Assembly (NCBI GenBank): GCA_051362555.1 | Contig: CM120643.1 | Span: 19,162,848-19,226,847 of the forward strand | Length of the DNA stretch: 64,000 nucleotides | From: Lingula anatina | Taxonomy: Eukaryota > Animalia > Brachiopoda | Direction of reading: 5' to 3' | In this document: piece by piece, positions 11,684-25,614 of the stretch | How positions within the stretch are numbered: position 1 is the stretch's first letter | How the letters are laid out: each line of letters opens with the position of its first letter | Made by a program: the position numbers and the translations under genes | The notes under the pieces: generated by a model | What the model was told of the DNA's origin: nothing | The model's database searches: none | The model's input: only the letters and a program-made list of their open reading frames with translations

Positions 11684-14600
11684 ACACACACACACACACT
11701 TCCAGGTAACATGCTCTTTACTTTTGACATGTGGGAATAATTATAACCATATAAATTTATGTAAATATTCCCTGGCCATGTAGTTAGATATAGGCAGATC
11801 AGACAGCCACAGTTAAATCTAATTTCAATTTCACCCTGAATTTCAGAGGTTAATGGACACTCCTCTGCCATTTCCACTTATGTCAAAGGCACCCCCCTAA
11901 CGAAGTCTAAACGAAACCATCCTGTGCCCCACTGAGTAGAGTGTAAATTGTGGTAATGGTCATTAATTTACAGGTTAAACTGCAGACCTAGATATAAGTA
12001 AAACCTAAAACTCAGGATAGAATAAGACCCCAGTTTTGACAAGTTGAAGCCATTCTTAACCATACCATGCCCATGCAATCTGAAAAGGTGGTTAAATGGT
12101 CATTATAGGCTAAATGGACAGCAGACATCAGCACACCCCGTGGCAGGTGTTGGTCAGTATGCCCCTGGACAGGTGTCTGAAAGGGGAGCAAGACTGACCA
12201 CACCACTGTCACATGATAATGGAGAACATAGGATTCATGGTCATTATGAAGAACGACAGGTGGCTGTTAACAGCTGCTGGTTACTGCACTGGATAATGTT
12301 AAATTCAGTTCACAAAAGAGCTAATTATATTTTAAGACCAAAATTTTGTGTACTTAAATCAGAAGAAGTTCAATATGAAATATTGTCCCTATTTTAAGGA
12401 AAGAAAAAAATCCAATATTTTAGTTCAGCATGTATTGTACTGAAGTATACTATGGTTTTAACCTTAATTAACAGATTTAAAGTTATGATATTAAGGTTAA
12501 GACCAACTTCTCAAATTCATTTGTGAAACCCACCACCTCCAAAAAGGAATGAATAGATTATACTATTGAATGCATAGTTCACAAGTGAATATAATTTGTA
12601 TTTCATTTTTTCCCTTTCTCTCATCTGTCTGCCCTTATATGTGTATCAGTTAATTCGTTTGCATTTGAGAGAGAGACAAAAACCATTACCTGCATCACAA
12701 TTCTCTCAATGTTTACCTCTATAAAAGTAATCTATGAATTGTGCAGCCTTCAATGAAAGTTTTATGCAGGTGAGTTTTGACCAAGTCTGTCAAATTGACA
12801 GATGAAACAAATATGTGGATCTATCATAAATGAAAACTTTTTTAACTATCAAAAACTGAGATCCAATGAAATTATTTTCACATCGAAAATTTAATTTGGC
12901 ACGCATCCCGGAAGGGACACCTTAAGTCTTCTTCCTCGGAGGAAGTAACAAGACTATACTGTCAGAACAACAACCAACTGGAAGCCCACCTTTAGTGAAA
13001 GGGCAGGTGTTGGTTCAGAACTACACATCAAGAACCTGTTATACGAGTATGTTACCTTTCAGTAATGAAGTAATGGTTATGACTGCCTTCAGGTCAGATA
13101 ATAATACACATAATAATGATAAACAGGGATACTACTGTTGAAACAGCAAACATCGGGAGGCCTAACTGTCAGCCATTTTGGGAAGCCATTCAAGTTTTAT
13201 GGTGCCATTCCAATTAATTGAAGGGCATTGGAGAACAGGTCAAATTATCCACTGATATTTTTTCTGGTTGTTTTATACACAAGTTCAACATGCACATGCA
13301 ATGCAGTCTATTGCACAACAGTACAAACTGACCCATGTTTTGAGTGTTCATTTTATAAATATTGCTTTGTATTAATTCTAAGAAGACATTTGTGGTGCAT
13401 AAAGCTTCTTCTTATAATTTTAAAAAAGTTACACCCATTTCACATACTAGTACGTGTTCTCACACATTTTATAATATTTAATGGCACCACGTGGGCTTTA
13501 CGAAAACTTTGATTTGGATTTGGATTTGAACCTGCATGGTTCTCAGTTGAAATAACTTTGAAAAATTAATTCTTGACCTAATACGTTCATTATAATGTAT
13601 CTATGTCGCCTCTAACATAAATTAGTAAGCAGCAACAATCCATATCATATAGAACTATTGAAGATAATGATTATTTCTAAAGATTATACTAATAAGCATT
13701 TTAACAGTTTGTTTTGGGGGCAAGTACCATGGCATGTGACCATGCAAACAACAGATGCTCAAACCATTATCCAATTGCAATATATTGAGCATAACTTCTA
13801 AGATGATCTCTATCTTTTCACTGAATATACTGGGGTAGTGCTTATACTCATCTATTTAGCCAAATACTAAAACTGACTTAAATTGGCTAAAAATAGGCTT
13901 GATTTGACTTGTTTAGTCAAAATTTAACCATTGATTCAGAGAAAAAAGTGATGAAAATGTAGTGATTTGGATAAGAAAAAAAAATGCTAGCACTACTCAA
14001 AATAAAGTTATAATATATGTCTCTTCACCAAAACGATGCAAGTATTTGTTAGAAACATTAGCCACGTTTTTCTCGTTGGAAAACAAGTATGATGTTTCAT
14101 TTAATTAGACTAAAATTCCACTTCTGATCACTTCTGATTGGATCATGAGTAGAAAAAAAAATATTATCTAAAGGTTCGGGCAATTTTGCTCTAAAGATCT
14201 TTTGTGATGCAGGGGCTGCACCTATATTCATTTGCTGTGATATATATTAATCAGCAGCTGAGGTCATGTCTGGCCAACAGTTCTTTCAAAAATACTCTAA
14301 CTGATCCCTAAAAAGTGCCTGGGTTATTTTCAAGTTTAATGTTTTGCCTTTGTTTTCCAAACCACTAATGTGAGTGTGCTTCCTGTTTTTGAACATTCAG
14401 TAGCAGACACATTTTAAATGAACTGAAAATCACTGTAATGGTTTTTGCAGAAATTTATACATGAATATTTATTGTTCATTTTTTTTTCCACACTGCGTTA
14501 TAAAACAGCAGAAGTACTGGGATAAGTCAGAATTTAGTGAAAGTTACACAAAATATGAGCATCACTGATTCAATGATTTGACTCAATTAATATCCCGTCA

Positions 14601-14953
14601 CTTCTTTTTTTGGATTGACCCTACAAAGACAATATGGTTTACTCTTTATTATACCTTTTATTCCTTACTTTAGTTTGCAAACTTTAGATTGATATCCCAA
14701 AGAAAAGATTACAAAACAAACCTGGCCAGATCTGGTGCAATCAAGTACCACTTTAAGAATAGTGACCAACTGGTATTCAGTGCATTTAAATTCTTCTTCC
14801 TACAGGTGTTATAAAAGTTGGTCCTTAAAGACAGATAAACACTTATCAACCAAACAGATGAAAGGCCCATGCATTAGAAACATGCTAAAGAAGCTTTTTT
14901 TTTTCAGCAACACCTTCATAATTGATGCTGTTACATGTACAGTAATAGGTTTA

Positions 14954-17748
14954 CCCAGCTAGAAAAGTAGTCCCCTTTGCAGTCTGCTTGCAGTCTCCTT
15001 TACAGTCCCCCCATGGAGCCTGCTTTGCAGTCTCCCTAGCAGTCCCCGCTCCCATAGCAGCCTCCTTTGCAGGTATCCTTAAGTATGGAGGGAGTCCCCT
15101 TGGCAGTCTTAATTTGCATTTTTGGAACGCGCTGCCAGGGGGACTGCCTGGGCAGTCCCCCTAGCAGTCTGCTTTGGCAGCCCCCCTAGCAGTCTGCTTG
15201 GCAGCCCCCCTAGCAGTCTACTTGGCAGTCCCCCTAGCAGTCTGCTTGGCAGCCCCCTTGGCAGTCTGCTTGGCAGTCCCTCTGGCAGTCTTAATTTGCA
15301 TTTTTGGAACGCGCTGCCAGAGGGACTGCCTGGGCAGTCCGCCTAGCAGTCTGCTTTGGCAGCCCCCCTAGCAGTCTGCTTGGCAGTCTCCCTGGCAGTC
15401 TTAATTTGCATTTTTGGAACGCGCTGCCAGAGGGACTGCCTGGGCAGTCCCCCTAGCAGTCTGCTTGGCAGCCCCCCTAGCAGTCTGCTTGGCAGCCCCC
15501 CTAGCAGTCTGCTTGGCAGCCCCCCTAGCAGTCTGCTTGGCAGTCCCCCTAGCAGTCTGCTTTGGCAGCCCCCCTAGCAGTCTGCTTGGCAGCCCCCCTG
15601 GCAGTCCCCCTAGCAGTCTGCTTGGCAGCCCCTCTAGCAGTCTACTCTGCAGTCTCCCTAGGCAACTGGCAAAATAAAATTTGGTAAAATCTTTTTATTT
15701 ATATATTTTATTTATTTATTTATTTTTTGTATATTCAAACGGGGGCGTCTCGATAGTCCGAAGGTTCATTGGTCCGAAGGTTCATTGGTCCGAAAAGTGG
15801 TAACATTTTCATCGATTTTTTAATCAAGGGTTCATTGATCCGAAGGTTCTATAGTGAATATTCGGACCAATGAACCTTCGGACTATTGAACCTTCGGACT
15901 ATTGCTACGGCCCCTATTCAAACAATAATTACATTTATCAAAAGGAATTTAGAAATAATCTTTCTCCAAAGTATGTGTTTAAGTTCAAATCTAAATACAA
16001 AATTTCCCCTTGATCATAAAATGTATGTTATCTGATCCATTTATATCTAACATATTGGTTTATTTCTCTCCATACAATTTACTTCAGTTTACTGCTTTAC
16101 ATATATATATTTTTTTACAAAGCCCATATTAGCAGAGGGCTGGGAATTCTACTGTATGTTATTTAATCATTCCAAAAACTCTATCACAGAATTCACTGAC
16201 CAGGATTCATATATACAGACACATAACAGCAATATTTCAAGTAATTTTTAAGGTTTTTTCAACTAATGAGGGCAAGTTATACACTAATACAATTTTAAAG
16301 TGTACATACCAAAGGAAAAAAGGCTCATTTCATTTAAACTTGGTATTTTTAACACACTGCATGATGATGAAATGTACAGAGATGTTTTAAAAGGTAATTA
16401 TCCTCATCTGTGAATTATTGTTGATATATTCATGCCAAAAACTAAAGAATTTAAAATAAGATTTTTACAAGGACCAAAATGGTTAAATGCAAACCTTTTT
16501 CTAGCCTAATAGCAATTCCAAGTACTTTTCAAAACCACAAACAGAATTCAAAGTGCTGGGTTAAAATTGAACACTTTCCAAGGCTCTATGGATCCTGGTG
16601 CATCAGTAAACTATACATGTAGGAAAATACAAAACCAAAAAGGCTTGCATGCTCACTTCTTATCCTGTCTCTTTATCTCTTCATTTTTCTTTCTATATTT
16701 CCTAAAAATGTCTTCTTTTTCAATCCAGAAATCAATGTTTTCAGATTTCTTGCCTCTTCCTTAGAACATTCCTGACCTATAGCTTCTGGCTTAGATATTT
16801 GAATCAGCCCAACGGACAACTGCCTGTTTAAACTGTGCTATGTACTGTCCAGTATAGTAATTTGATCTCATTGAGCAAGCTGTAGGTGGACTGTTTATAT
16901 CAAACTGACAGTTAAGATAAACATGCCCCTAACTTGAAATGAATTTGGTCTATTGAAAGTTACCAGTTGATTTTAAGTCCAACTTAAATTGATGCTAACT
17001 GTGAGGTTTAAAATTTATACATTGTGCAATTGTATATTAAAATAAGACTTCAATCATTTGTCTAATTTCAATGATAATAATAGCAATGGTTAAGCATATA
17101 ATATTTTCACAGCATTATTTAAAAAATATAAATCTGTTCACTCAGTTATTTTTTATAGGTGAAGTAAATGTACTATATATGAGTGTATATATAGCTTGGA
17201 GGATTAAAGCCAACAACTGCTTTTAACCCAAACAATTTTAAAGTCATTTTGACAAGCTCTTAATAAAAAGAAAATGTTTTCTTTTAAGCCTGATAACTGA
17301 TCAAAAGATTAGCATACATGCTTCTCAGTTGCGAATAGAAACACTTTTTAAGTAACTATTGGGTTTTTTATTGCATACGTTGGGCAACGTTAAAAATGTC
17401 AGTTATTGCAGCCTCCTTCGCAGTCCCGTGCAAAATATTTAAGTTATTGCAGCACCCTTTGCAGTCTCCTGCAAAAATGCCTAAGTTATTGCAGCCTCCT
17501 ATGCAGTCCCCTGCAAAATGTTGAAGTTATTGAAGCCCCCTTTGCAGTCCCCTGCAAAAATGCCTAAGTTATTGCAGCCTCCTTTGCAGTCCCCTGCAAA
17601 AATATTTAAGTTATTGCAGCCCCCTTTGCAGTCTGCCTGCTCAAGGAGACTGTACACTGGAGCCCCTACTGCAAAAGGACAGTCTCCCTGGCAGTCTCTC
17701 TGGCAGCCTGGGCTCCTGTGGGCAGCCGGGGCTCCCATTCTAGCTGGG
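14954..17748. mobile_element. Non-autonomous CACTA/EnSpm (CMC)-type DNA transposon B
   Basis: TIR CCCAGCTAGAA / TTCTAGCTGGG; 2-bp TSD TA. ~24-bp GGCAGCCCCCCTAGCAGTCTGCTT array at left and ~42-bp array at right (17395-17635). Confidence 0.8.
15741..15914. mobile_element. MULE-type MITE nested in element B
   Basis: Perfect 9-bp TSD TATTCAAAC; inverted arrays of GTCCGAAGGTTCATTG. Confidence 0.85.
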
Positions 17749-19480
17749 TACTGTCTTTTTTCACTGTCATGAATAAATGAACACATACATTCCTCCATTC
17801 CCCAAACTTTCCCACAGCATTTTCACAAAAGACCAGCAAGTCACTGCCTGTCATTTTTTTCCTGAATGAGGACAATTACTTTTTTCATGCAAGAATGCTA
17901 TACACTTACATATCATATGGTGCATTTACAACTTAAGATTCATGACCTAACATCCTATTGTACTACAACCTGGGACATAAATATTTATCCCCCTTCCAAA
18001 CGCCAGTAAAATTGAAGCCAGGTCATTAAAATGTTATAAATTTAGTCAGTTCCTGGCCTCTGTTTCTGCTGCAGGCCAGTGGATTCCTATATCATTGTGG
18101 GTAGTAGGCTTTTAAGTTTTCGACATGAACTGTTTTATGGTTATAATTTCTACCAGTAACCTCAGGACACCAGTGCAGTCCATATGGTGTCCCCGTCACT
18201 GCCACTTTTATCACCATGAATTAGAAAACACCACATCACTGGTACAGAAACATGGTACAGAACACTGCCAAATATGTTCAAAGTTGCTCTATCAAAAAAT
18301 ATTTCTTTGCAGTGGATTTCGGGGGGGGGGGGGGGGGGGGGGGGGGGGGAGACAATAAAGTGGCCCCCTTCCTCCTCAAAAATTTAAAATTATAAATTCC
18401 CATATATTACATTAACAAAGTGTCTTGCAACAAATATAATAGGTAATATTTTTTATAACTTATGCATATAAACCATCTGCAGAGCATAAACTATGAATAA
18501 TATAATAGATAATATTATTCATATTTTATGCATATAAACCATCTGCAAAGGATCTCCCTACAAAAGCTAGATAGATTTATGGGGCACGTTTGATGTGATT
18601 AACTGATTATGAATAAACTGGTACAATTAAGCTACCACATGTCTATTGAACTCAAGAATTAACTAACTCCTACCTTTGAATATTGTTTTGAATATTTTTT
18701 ACTATAGGCACCATATATGCAGGTTTCCATAAACTGTACGTGTGTGCTAGTGAACAATTGCATGTGCGAGGAGCAAATGTTCCTGTGCATACAGTAAGAG
18801 CAAGTGTTTCGGACATGCTGTACATGTGTGTGTGTGTGTATGTGTGTGTGTGTATGCAAGCCCACAGCCAACATTGTAAAAGGTGAGGGGTCGTTTTCTG
18901 AAAAGGTAGACCTTTTACCATGAAACTCTTTGTGTACTTAAATAAAATATTACCCAGAGCAGATATTTTCATGACAAAAAGGATGGTTTGTTTGACACGT
19001 CACTCTCCCCCCCCCCCCCCCCCCAAATACCCAAACACAGGCCCACTTGCTTTTTTTAAATCACATTTTGGGCACCTTAAAAAATTCCTTGCTTGAAGGG
19101 GGGTGGTGGGGCAGAGTAAAGAAGGGGCATTGTCCTCAACTCTCCATTTGGTAATCGTCCAAGGTACACCATATGCCAACATGTGCATGGCTTAATGCGT
19201 GATCATTTTCAATACAAAATGCAGTGCATAATAATATTGACATGCTGGACTTGAAAAAACACAACACATAACCACAACACGTTCTAAAATGACTTTAAAA
19301 AGGTTCACGGCAATGCACGCCAGTTATAGATCACTGTTTATACTATGGCAGATTCAGGTGGAGAATTTCACCTTTTAAGTCGCCTGTTTACTTTAAAAAT
19401 GACTATACAAAACTGAGAATACTCGTGTAGGACTAGTTACGGCATTAAGTAAGCAAGAGGTCCAGATACGCTCCACTTAC

Positions 19481-19660
19481 TGATCCTGACTTTTCCAAGA
19501 CGCCCTTTGGGGTGACAAAAATCCCAGAGCCAATAATAGACCCTATGATGATCGTTACTCCATTTAAAAGGGTGATAGTCCTCTTTAACTGAACCTCTTC
19601 GCCTGTTTTGTGATCCTCCGTGGCCCCGCTGTCTTCAGGCTGCTTCTGCTTGTCTGACAT
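19481..19660 (-). CDS. SLC7 L-type/heterodimeric amino-acid transporter light chain (LAT/y+LAT-like), coding exon 1
   Basis: ATG at 19660 reads [60 protein letters not shown], with the SLC7 TM1 motif IIGSGIF. 180 nt, phase 0, followed by a GTAAGT donor (19480-19475). Confidence 0.93.
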
Positions 19661-21030
19661 TCTTGATAATAACTCGGTGACAATAGAATGAGCAAACGTA
19701 CAAGGCCGAATACCGCGTGTCACAAAGATGTAAACAAACCGACTGTCGGTTAAATTCCCGACGCGACAGCACTTGCGAGTGGCACGGTTTTAAGAACCAG
19801 GTAAATGCTCGATGACTGGAGTTCAGTAGGCAATACAAGCACGTCAGCCCTGCTGGCGTGAAATAATAAAATGTGAAATTCTTGCTTCATGTTCACCAGC
19901 CTCATTGTCATGCTGTGTGTGTGTGTAACTGGGACGAGTCTATTGAAAAGGACACAAATCTGACGTAATACATAAAATGCACAGTGATATTCCTAATATT
20001 TTAGTAGTATTGTTTTCGTTAAAATATATGAGATATCATACATATGACTTTTGTTGATTAAAACACACTTATTGAATTTTTAGACAAAAAAGTGACGATG
20101 TTGAAAACCTTTCACCCCTCCAAAATAGCTGTCCGAGAAATATCAACAAGGCCGACTGTTTCTTCTTCCGGGTCATCAGTTGAGGTCAATGGGTGCAAGT
20201 GCAAACATAAACACGTGGATATAAAGTTCACGTTCACTTCCAAATCGTTTACATGGGGCTTTGTTATTGCCGCTTAAAGATATTTGGGGAATTGTCAGGA
20301 ATTATGGTCGGGGAATGCTCCTCAATGTTTATTGTTCTTTCATAATATCCCTGTTTTAAAATGCCTTCTGTATTTTTTTTTTTGCGATGTCGTTACGCCT
20401 TGCCGACACGCTTTTTTTATACATAGCCCATATCGTTTTTGAATTTCACTTTTTTCTTCGTTAATTCATAACAATCTTCTTTAGGATGAGCCTCGGTTTG
20501 CGTCCTTGATTATGACTTTTTTATGATGCTCTGTTTGTTATTATTATTATTTTCATTTTCATTTTACAAAATATGCTGATTATTTTATATTCTGAAGGTA
20601 GGGCCTACAAGCGGTTTTCCTCACAGTGGCAATCAATCTCAGGTCTCAGATTTATATTGCCCCCCCCCCCCCCAACCCCCACCACAGGGCGGGAGAGCGA
20701 TTTCTCTCGTTTCAAAGAGTTTTAGAATGCTGTGGTACGTACAAGTTGATCTGGAATGCAGTAGTTGTGCCATGAAAAGCTATGCTGTGCAAAACTGTGG
20801 TAGAGAAAAGCAACCTCTAGCAATCACAAGAAAGTTTGGAAGGGATAAGTAAAGTAAAATTAGTGATCGAAATATATCCCACTATTTTTGTAATTGGACT
20901 CTTCGGGTTCAAAATGTGAACGTTTCTTTAAATAAGGCGTTTAAATATCAAAATGATGCCGGCCATAGGCCTGTTAGGCATATGTTGTGTTTGTTATAAA
21001 TAAAACATTTAATTTGTTTGAAAAAATTTT

Positions 21031-21031
21031 A

Positions 21032-21075
<44 letters not shown>
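21031..21075. repeat. (AAT)n microsatellite; others: (CA)n 11653-11699, (CT)n 24027-24066, (TG)n 24607-24644 and 25368-25412, (TTAA)n 39621-39663, (AAT)n(ATT)n 51938-52006
   Basis: Read directly from the sequence. Confidence 0.95.
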
Positions 21076-21077
<2 letters not shown>

Positions 21078-21084
21078 CACTAAC

Positions 21085-22010
21085 TGAACCGCATTTATGA
21101 ATCAGGATACATCCCGGATCTCAGCAAGCCAGTCTTGGTAGCACTCCCAAAAAAGCCAGCAGCCAGAGTGTGATCTTCTTAGAACAATTAGTTTATAAGA
21201 CTCTTGACTAAGAGACTAAGACTCTTGTTTAAGAGAACGCTCATGATGAGAACAAGAAAGAATATACAGTCAGAGATAGCTGGAGAACAGTGTAGATTCA
21301 TGGAGGATAAAAGAACAGCAAGCGCTACATATATGCTTAAATCATTCACGGAAAGAGCAATCGAAGTGCAACAAGATTTATATCCATGGTTTATTGATTA
21401 CTTCAAAGCATTTGACACCTTGAAACAGAAAGAAATTATAAGAATGCTCAGAGAAATCAATCTTGACGCTAAAGAAACACAGCTTATCAAAAACTTGCAC
21501 TAGAAACAGACAGCAGCAGTAAGAATCGGCAAAGAAACTGGCCTTTTTGTTAAGATCAAAAAAGGGGTAAACCAAGGATGCATAGTTCCAACAGACTTAT
21601 TCTCGTTATATAGCGGGAACTTTTTGAGACACACTGAAAAACAGCCGGAAAAAAGATAGGAGGACATGATGCAAAACTGACAGTCTCCCCCTTCCCCCCC
21701 CCCCCCACCCCCACCCCCCCAAGTCTGTAACATTAAAGTGAAAGACCCATAGCTAAAATAAGTGGATGGTTTCAAATATTTGGGATCAATAGGCCTAGTC
21801 ACTCCCGACGGAAGATGCACAACTTATATAAAGACCAGAATTGGACAAGCAAAGAAAGCATTTAAAAAGCTGCAATCAATACTTACCAACCAAAAAAATG
21901 TCAATAGTAACAAGAAAAAGAGGATAAGAAACATTTAAATGACCTAGCACTAGTATCATAACAAACGAATGCGACGCATGGACCATTAATAACATCATGA
22001 AAAACGATTG
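21085..22010 (+). mobile_element. Decayed RTE-clade LINE reverse-transcriptase fragment
   Basis: Frames read LPKKP..., EIAGEQCRF..., FIDYFKAFD..., KGV.QGC...LFSLYS and FKYLGS...RIGQAKKAF, with stops, frameshifts and an internal deletion over the YADD region. Confidence 0.85.
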
Positions 22011-22635
22011 GATATAGGCCCTATACGTATGCATATAATTAAGTGAGAGGTTAAGCCAATCATTAATTAGATTAATTGATAAATTTATCAATATCTTAAC
22101 ATGATGAATGAATGAATGAATGAATGACATGACATGATGGATGAATGAGCCAATGGCCAGTAGCAATACTAAATGGACTGTTAGATGAATGCATCGCCGG
22201 GTTGATAGATAGAAGGAAAGAAAGACGACTGAATGGATGTATATTAGATTAGGGCCCTAAATACTAAATAAATGAGCGAATTAATTGATTAAATATACAT
22301 TTGGACCGAGCGTGGATTCCAAGTAACGTATGTAGACCACTCTTACTAGTTTCTAAAACGTCGAAACTTAAGTCGACCGAATCAATAACTCGATCATCCA
22401 TATAATTAAGAGTCAATTTTTGGTCCTACTTATTTCACTAATTTATCTGCGCCGGTTATATACAGCACAGAAAGTGAACAGAAAATATTCGTTCAAATTT
22501 CTTTTTTTTTTTTTTTTTGGATAATATGAAACGATGTCCTCTGGTATTTTTCTGAGTTATAATATTTAAAACGTTTGGTCGGCTTTTGTGTCAAAATATT
22601 GACTTCCAGTGTATCTTTACGATGGTAAGCAAACT

Positions 22636-22931
22636 CAGGGGCGGATCCAGGATTATTTGATGGGGTCCGGTTTTTAGGAAGACAGGCCGCGGATGCGAAG
22701 CCGAACCTCGACCCCCCCTCCCCCCCTTTGCGTGGGGTTCGGGGCCCGCTGAAGGGCCCCAAATTTTTTTGGCATTTAAGAGGGCGAACGGTGCCATTTG
22801 ATATGATTTAGAACTATGATTTATCTAGTTAAATTTCCAATTTCAAGAGGGGACGAGCGGCGTGATTTCTTTTCAGAAATTGAAAAGGGGGCCAGGACCC
22901 CCCTGACACCCCCTCCCGAAATCCGCCACAG
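22636..22931. mobile_element. CAGGGGCGGATCC-ended MITE
   Basis: TIR CAGGGGCGGAT / ATCCGCCACAG; near-TSD aaact/aaaca. Confidence 0.6.
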
Positions 22932-23594
22932 AAACATAAGATAGTTTAATAGCTTGATTTATTTTCTTTTTCATCTCTGTGACGAAACACTTAGACATAA
23001 AGGTAAATAATTATACAAACGTATAAATGACTTTAAATTGTCGAGATATAAACGGGAGAAACTATTGGATTATGTAAGTTTAGTTCACATCTACATGGTA
23101 AAGTCATACGTGAAGATTCAGAAAATTAATCACCAAGCGTAGGAATTTGTTCAATTAATCTATATTCAAAATTAGACTCATCAGAAGTACACCACCTTGA
23201 TCTATAGATCTAGAGCGATTTGAGCCAGGGTCTTAAAGTAAGATCATTAGCCTACTAGATCAATTAAGTATATACCGAGGTAGGCCTAATTTTCGCTTAA
23301 TGAAAACACCACTATGACGGCGCCACGCAAACGCATCTACCTGTTTTAAATAGCGTTAAGTCTAGTGTGTTCACGCTGGTGCATTGAATGGGAACTCCAG
23401 AGTTTGACCAATCCTCGACGCTTCATCCAATCACCGCGGTCTATCGACCACCGCATTGATCACTCTGCAAGTGTACCGGATTCCAGGTAGAGCAGTACCG
23501 TTGTGTTGTGCCGTGAAGGTTCACGTGCCATTTTAAGTGACGAAGACATAGTTGGCTAATTGGACAGACTGAAAAGACGACTTTGGGTCATTGG

Positions 23595-23604
23595 ATGTCT
23601 CAAA
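23595..23604 (+). CDS. Candidate upstream first coding micro-exon of the DHHC gene (MSQS)
   Basis: ATG TCT CAA A then GTAAGT. Phase 1, joins GC at 26579 in frame. Preceded by a CpG-richer region with two CCAAT boxes (~23408, ~23428). Confidence 0.5.
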
Positions 23605-24025
23605 GTAAGTATAATGAGCAGGTTTTCAGTCATCTGTACGTGTTTGAATCAACTACAAGCTTAAAGCATAGTGGGCCTATTCATTTCAAGAGCTAATTTA
23701 ACAAACGAGGCACTGATTTTGAATGACATAAAATTGCCTTTGGTTTGATATAACGTGCTGATTAGACACCCTGGGTTTCAGAGATTCCTAGAAACTCAGC
23801 TCTCCAATAAGAATGCTGATAATACCAAGTTGGGTTTACATTGATCCCCGAAACTCAGGGTGTTCTACATATAATTACTTCACAACCCGACCCTGCCATA
23901 TATTTATTACGTTATTACGTTACCTGACAGTTTTCGGATAAGATAAGAAGCACAGGGTAAATGCACAGTGTAAATGGACATAAATCAAGGAAGACGTGCG
24001 GAGGGGGGGACCTTTCTATGCCAGG

Positions 24026-24069
<44 letters not shown>

Positions 24070-24601
24070 ATGTAAGGGGGTTAAAGACAGTCTAATCGTC
24101 GATAGGAAATTAAAGGGAGTTGATGATGGATACTTCAGCCACCTGCAGATTTGTGTTTGCGTGCTCGCGTGCGTCTGTGTGTTTGGGGCTTGGTGTTTGT
24201 GGGAAGGGGGGGAGTCGCCCATTATCTACCAGCGATGATCACCTACGGCGCATTTGTATGTAGTAGCCTAATTTACCCTCGTATTTCATGCCACTAGCAT
24301 TAATGAATCCAATTAACTATCTTGATCAATATGTCCATGTAAGAGTCCACGTCCTTCACAATTAATAAGGCCTACTCGTAGTTATCTATACGATGCCTGA
24401 CTTGACCAGCCACTAGCTTCCAGATATACCATATTCAACACAGGACTATGGCTGGTGCATATGTTTGGTATGTATTGTAATATGTACACAACAGCTAGCA
24501 ACCAACGCAAGCCGAAAGGTACACAAAATGTAGGGTCTTTGTAGACAAATGGTCACATGCGACTAAAGCATGCAGGCAGGAATGAATATGACATATATGA
24601 C

Positions 24602-24646
<45 letters not shown>

Positions 24647-25364
24647 CTCGCGCTCGCGTTATACAATATGAAAAAGAAGAATTTTGAATTGTTGAAATAC
24701 ACTACCGCAGCGATGATTAAAAGCTAAAACTGACGATGTGAATTGAATGCACTAAAGAAAAACTACAAGGTACTGGGGAATACTTTTTATTTACTGGAAT
24801 GCTGGGTATACCTATCTATCTATCTCACAAGCGCGCCCTCACACACACGCACATGGACGCACACACATCTACGAAATGCATTCCATTCCATCACATGTAC
24901 TATTAAAACAAAAAAAAAAACGGACGTTGCAGTAGAAACCGGCAAATTAAACTCAGTACTGGCGTGAACAGTATCTTGAACACGTTCAGATTAGGTGTGC
25001 TTCACCAAATAACACGCTTGTTTGCCGATCAGCATGTGTAATTACTAATATGTAAAGAAAATACATGTATACCTGTGCTAAATTGGGGCTCATACATGTA
25101 TCTATCAAAGGCTTAATGCGAGCACCTGTCGGGGTTATCTTTTGTGTTAATTATTGCTAGTAGCAGCTAATAATAGGCCTCTCGTTTATGTTGTATTATA
25201 TACACGATTTATGAAGAGACAACCCCATACTACAATTAGTAACAGCGGTTGGCGTTAATATGTGAAAGTGATACACACAGCATGAGCGGGAGTATGTTCT
25301 AGCAGCACGAAATATTAAGCATTATTGTAGTTTAAGAATAATAGAAAATGACATCATATTCACC

Positions 25365-25404
<40 letters not shown>

Positions 25405-25595
25405 GTGTGTGTTAATTAATGAAAAAACGGTGCCATTTGACGTACCAGCAATATTTAAAATACTTTCTAGACATATTAGAATTTTTAAAGAAAATGCCTG
25501 TGCGTTTATGCACTTACGGTATAAATGGATAATAGGTGTCATGTTGAATAAGGAACATCGATCCTAGAACTAAAGTTGTGCTCTAAGCTCAAAAG

Positions 25596-25614
25596 ATGGC
25601 GCTGCGTGTCTCCT
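25596..25614 (+). CDS. Candidate alternative first coding micro-exon of the DHHC gene (MALRVSC)
   Basis: AAAGATGGCG (strong Kozak, YY1-like), ATG GCG CTG CGT GTC TCC T then GTAAGC. Phase 1, in frame with the 26579 acceptor. Confidence 0.4.

Noticed and set aside
15122-15677. GSPPSSLL / AAPLAVCL repeat ORFs; superficially CRISPR-like array
   Set aside because: Contiguous 24-bp tandem repeat without unique spacers, in a eukaryotic TE end; no cas genes.
17499-17798. 14-aa-repeat ORFs on both strands
   Set aside because: 42-bp subterminal repeat of element B.
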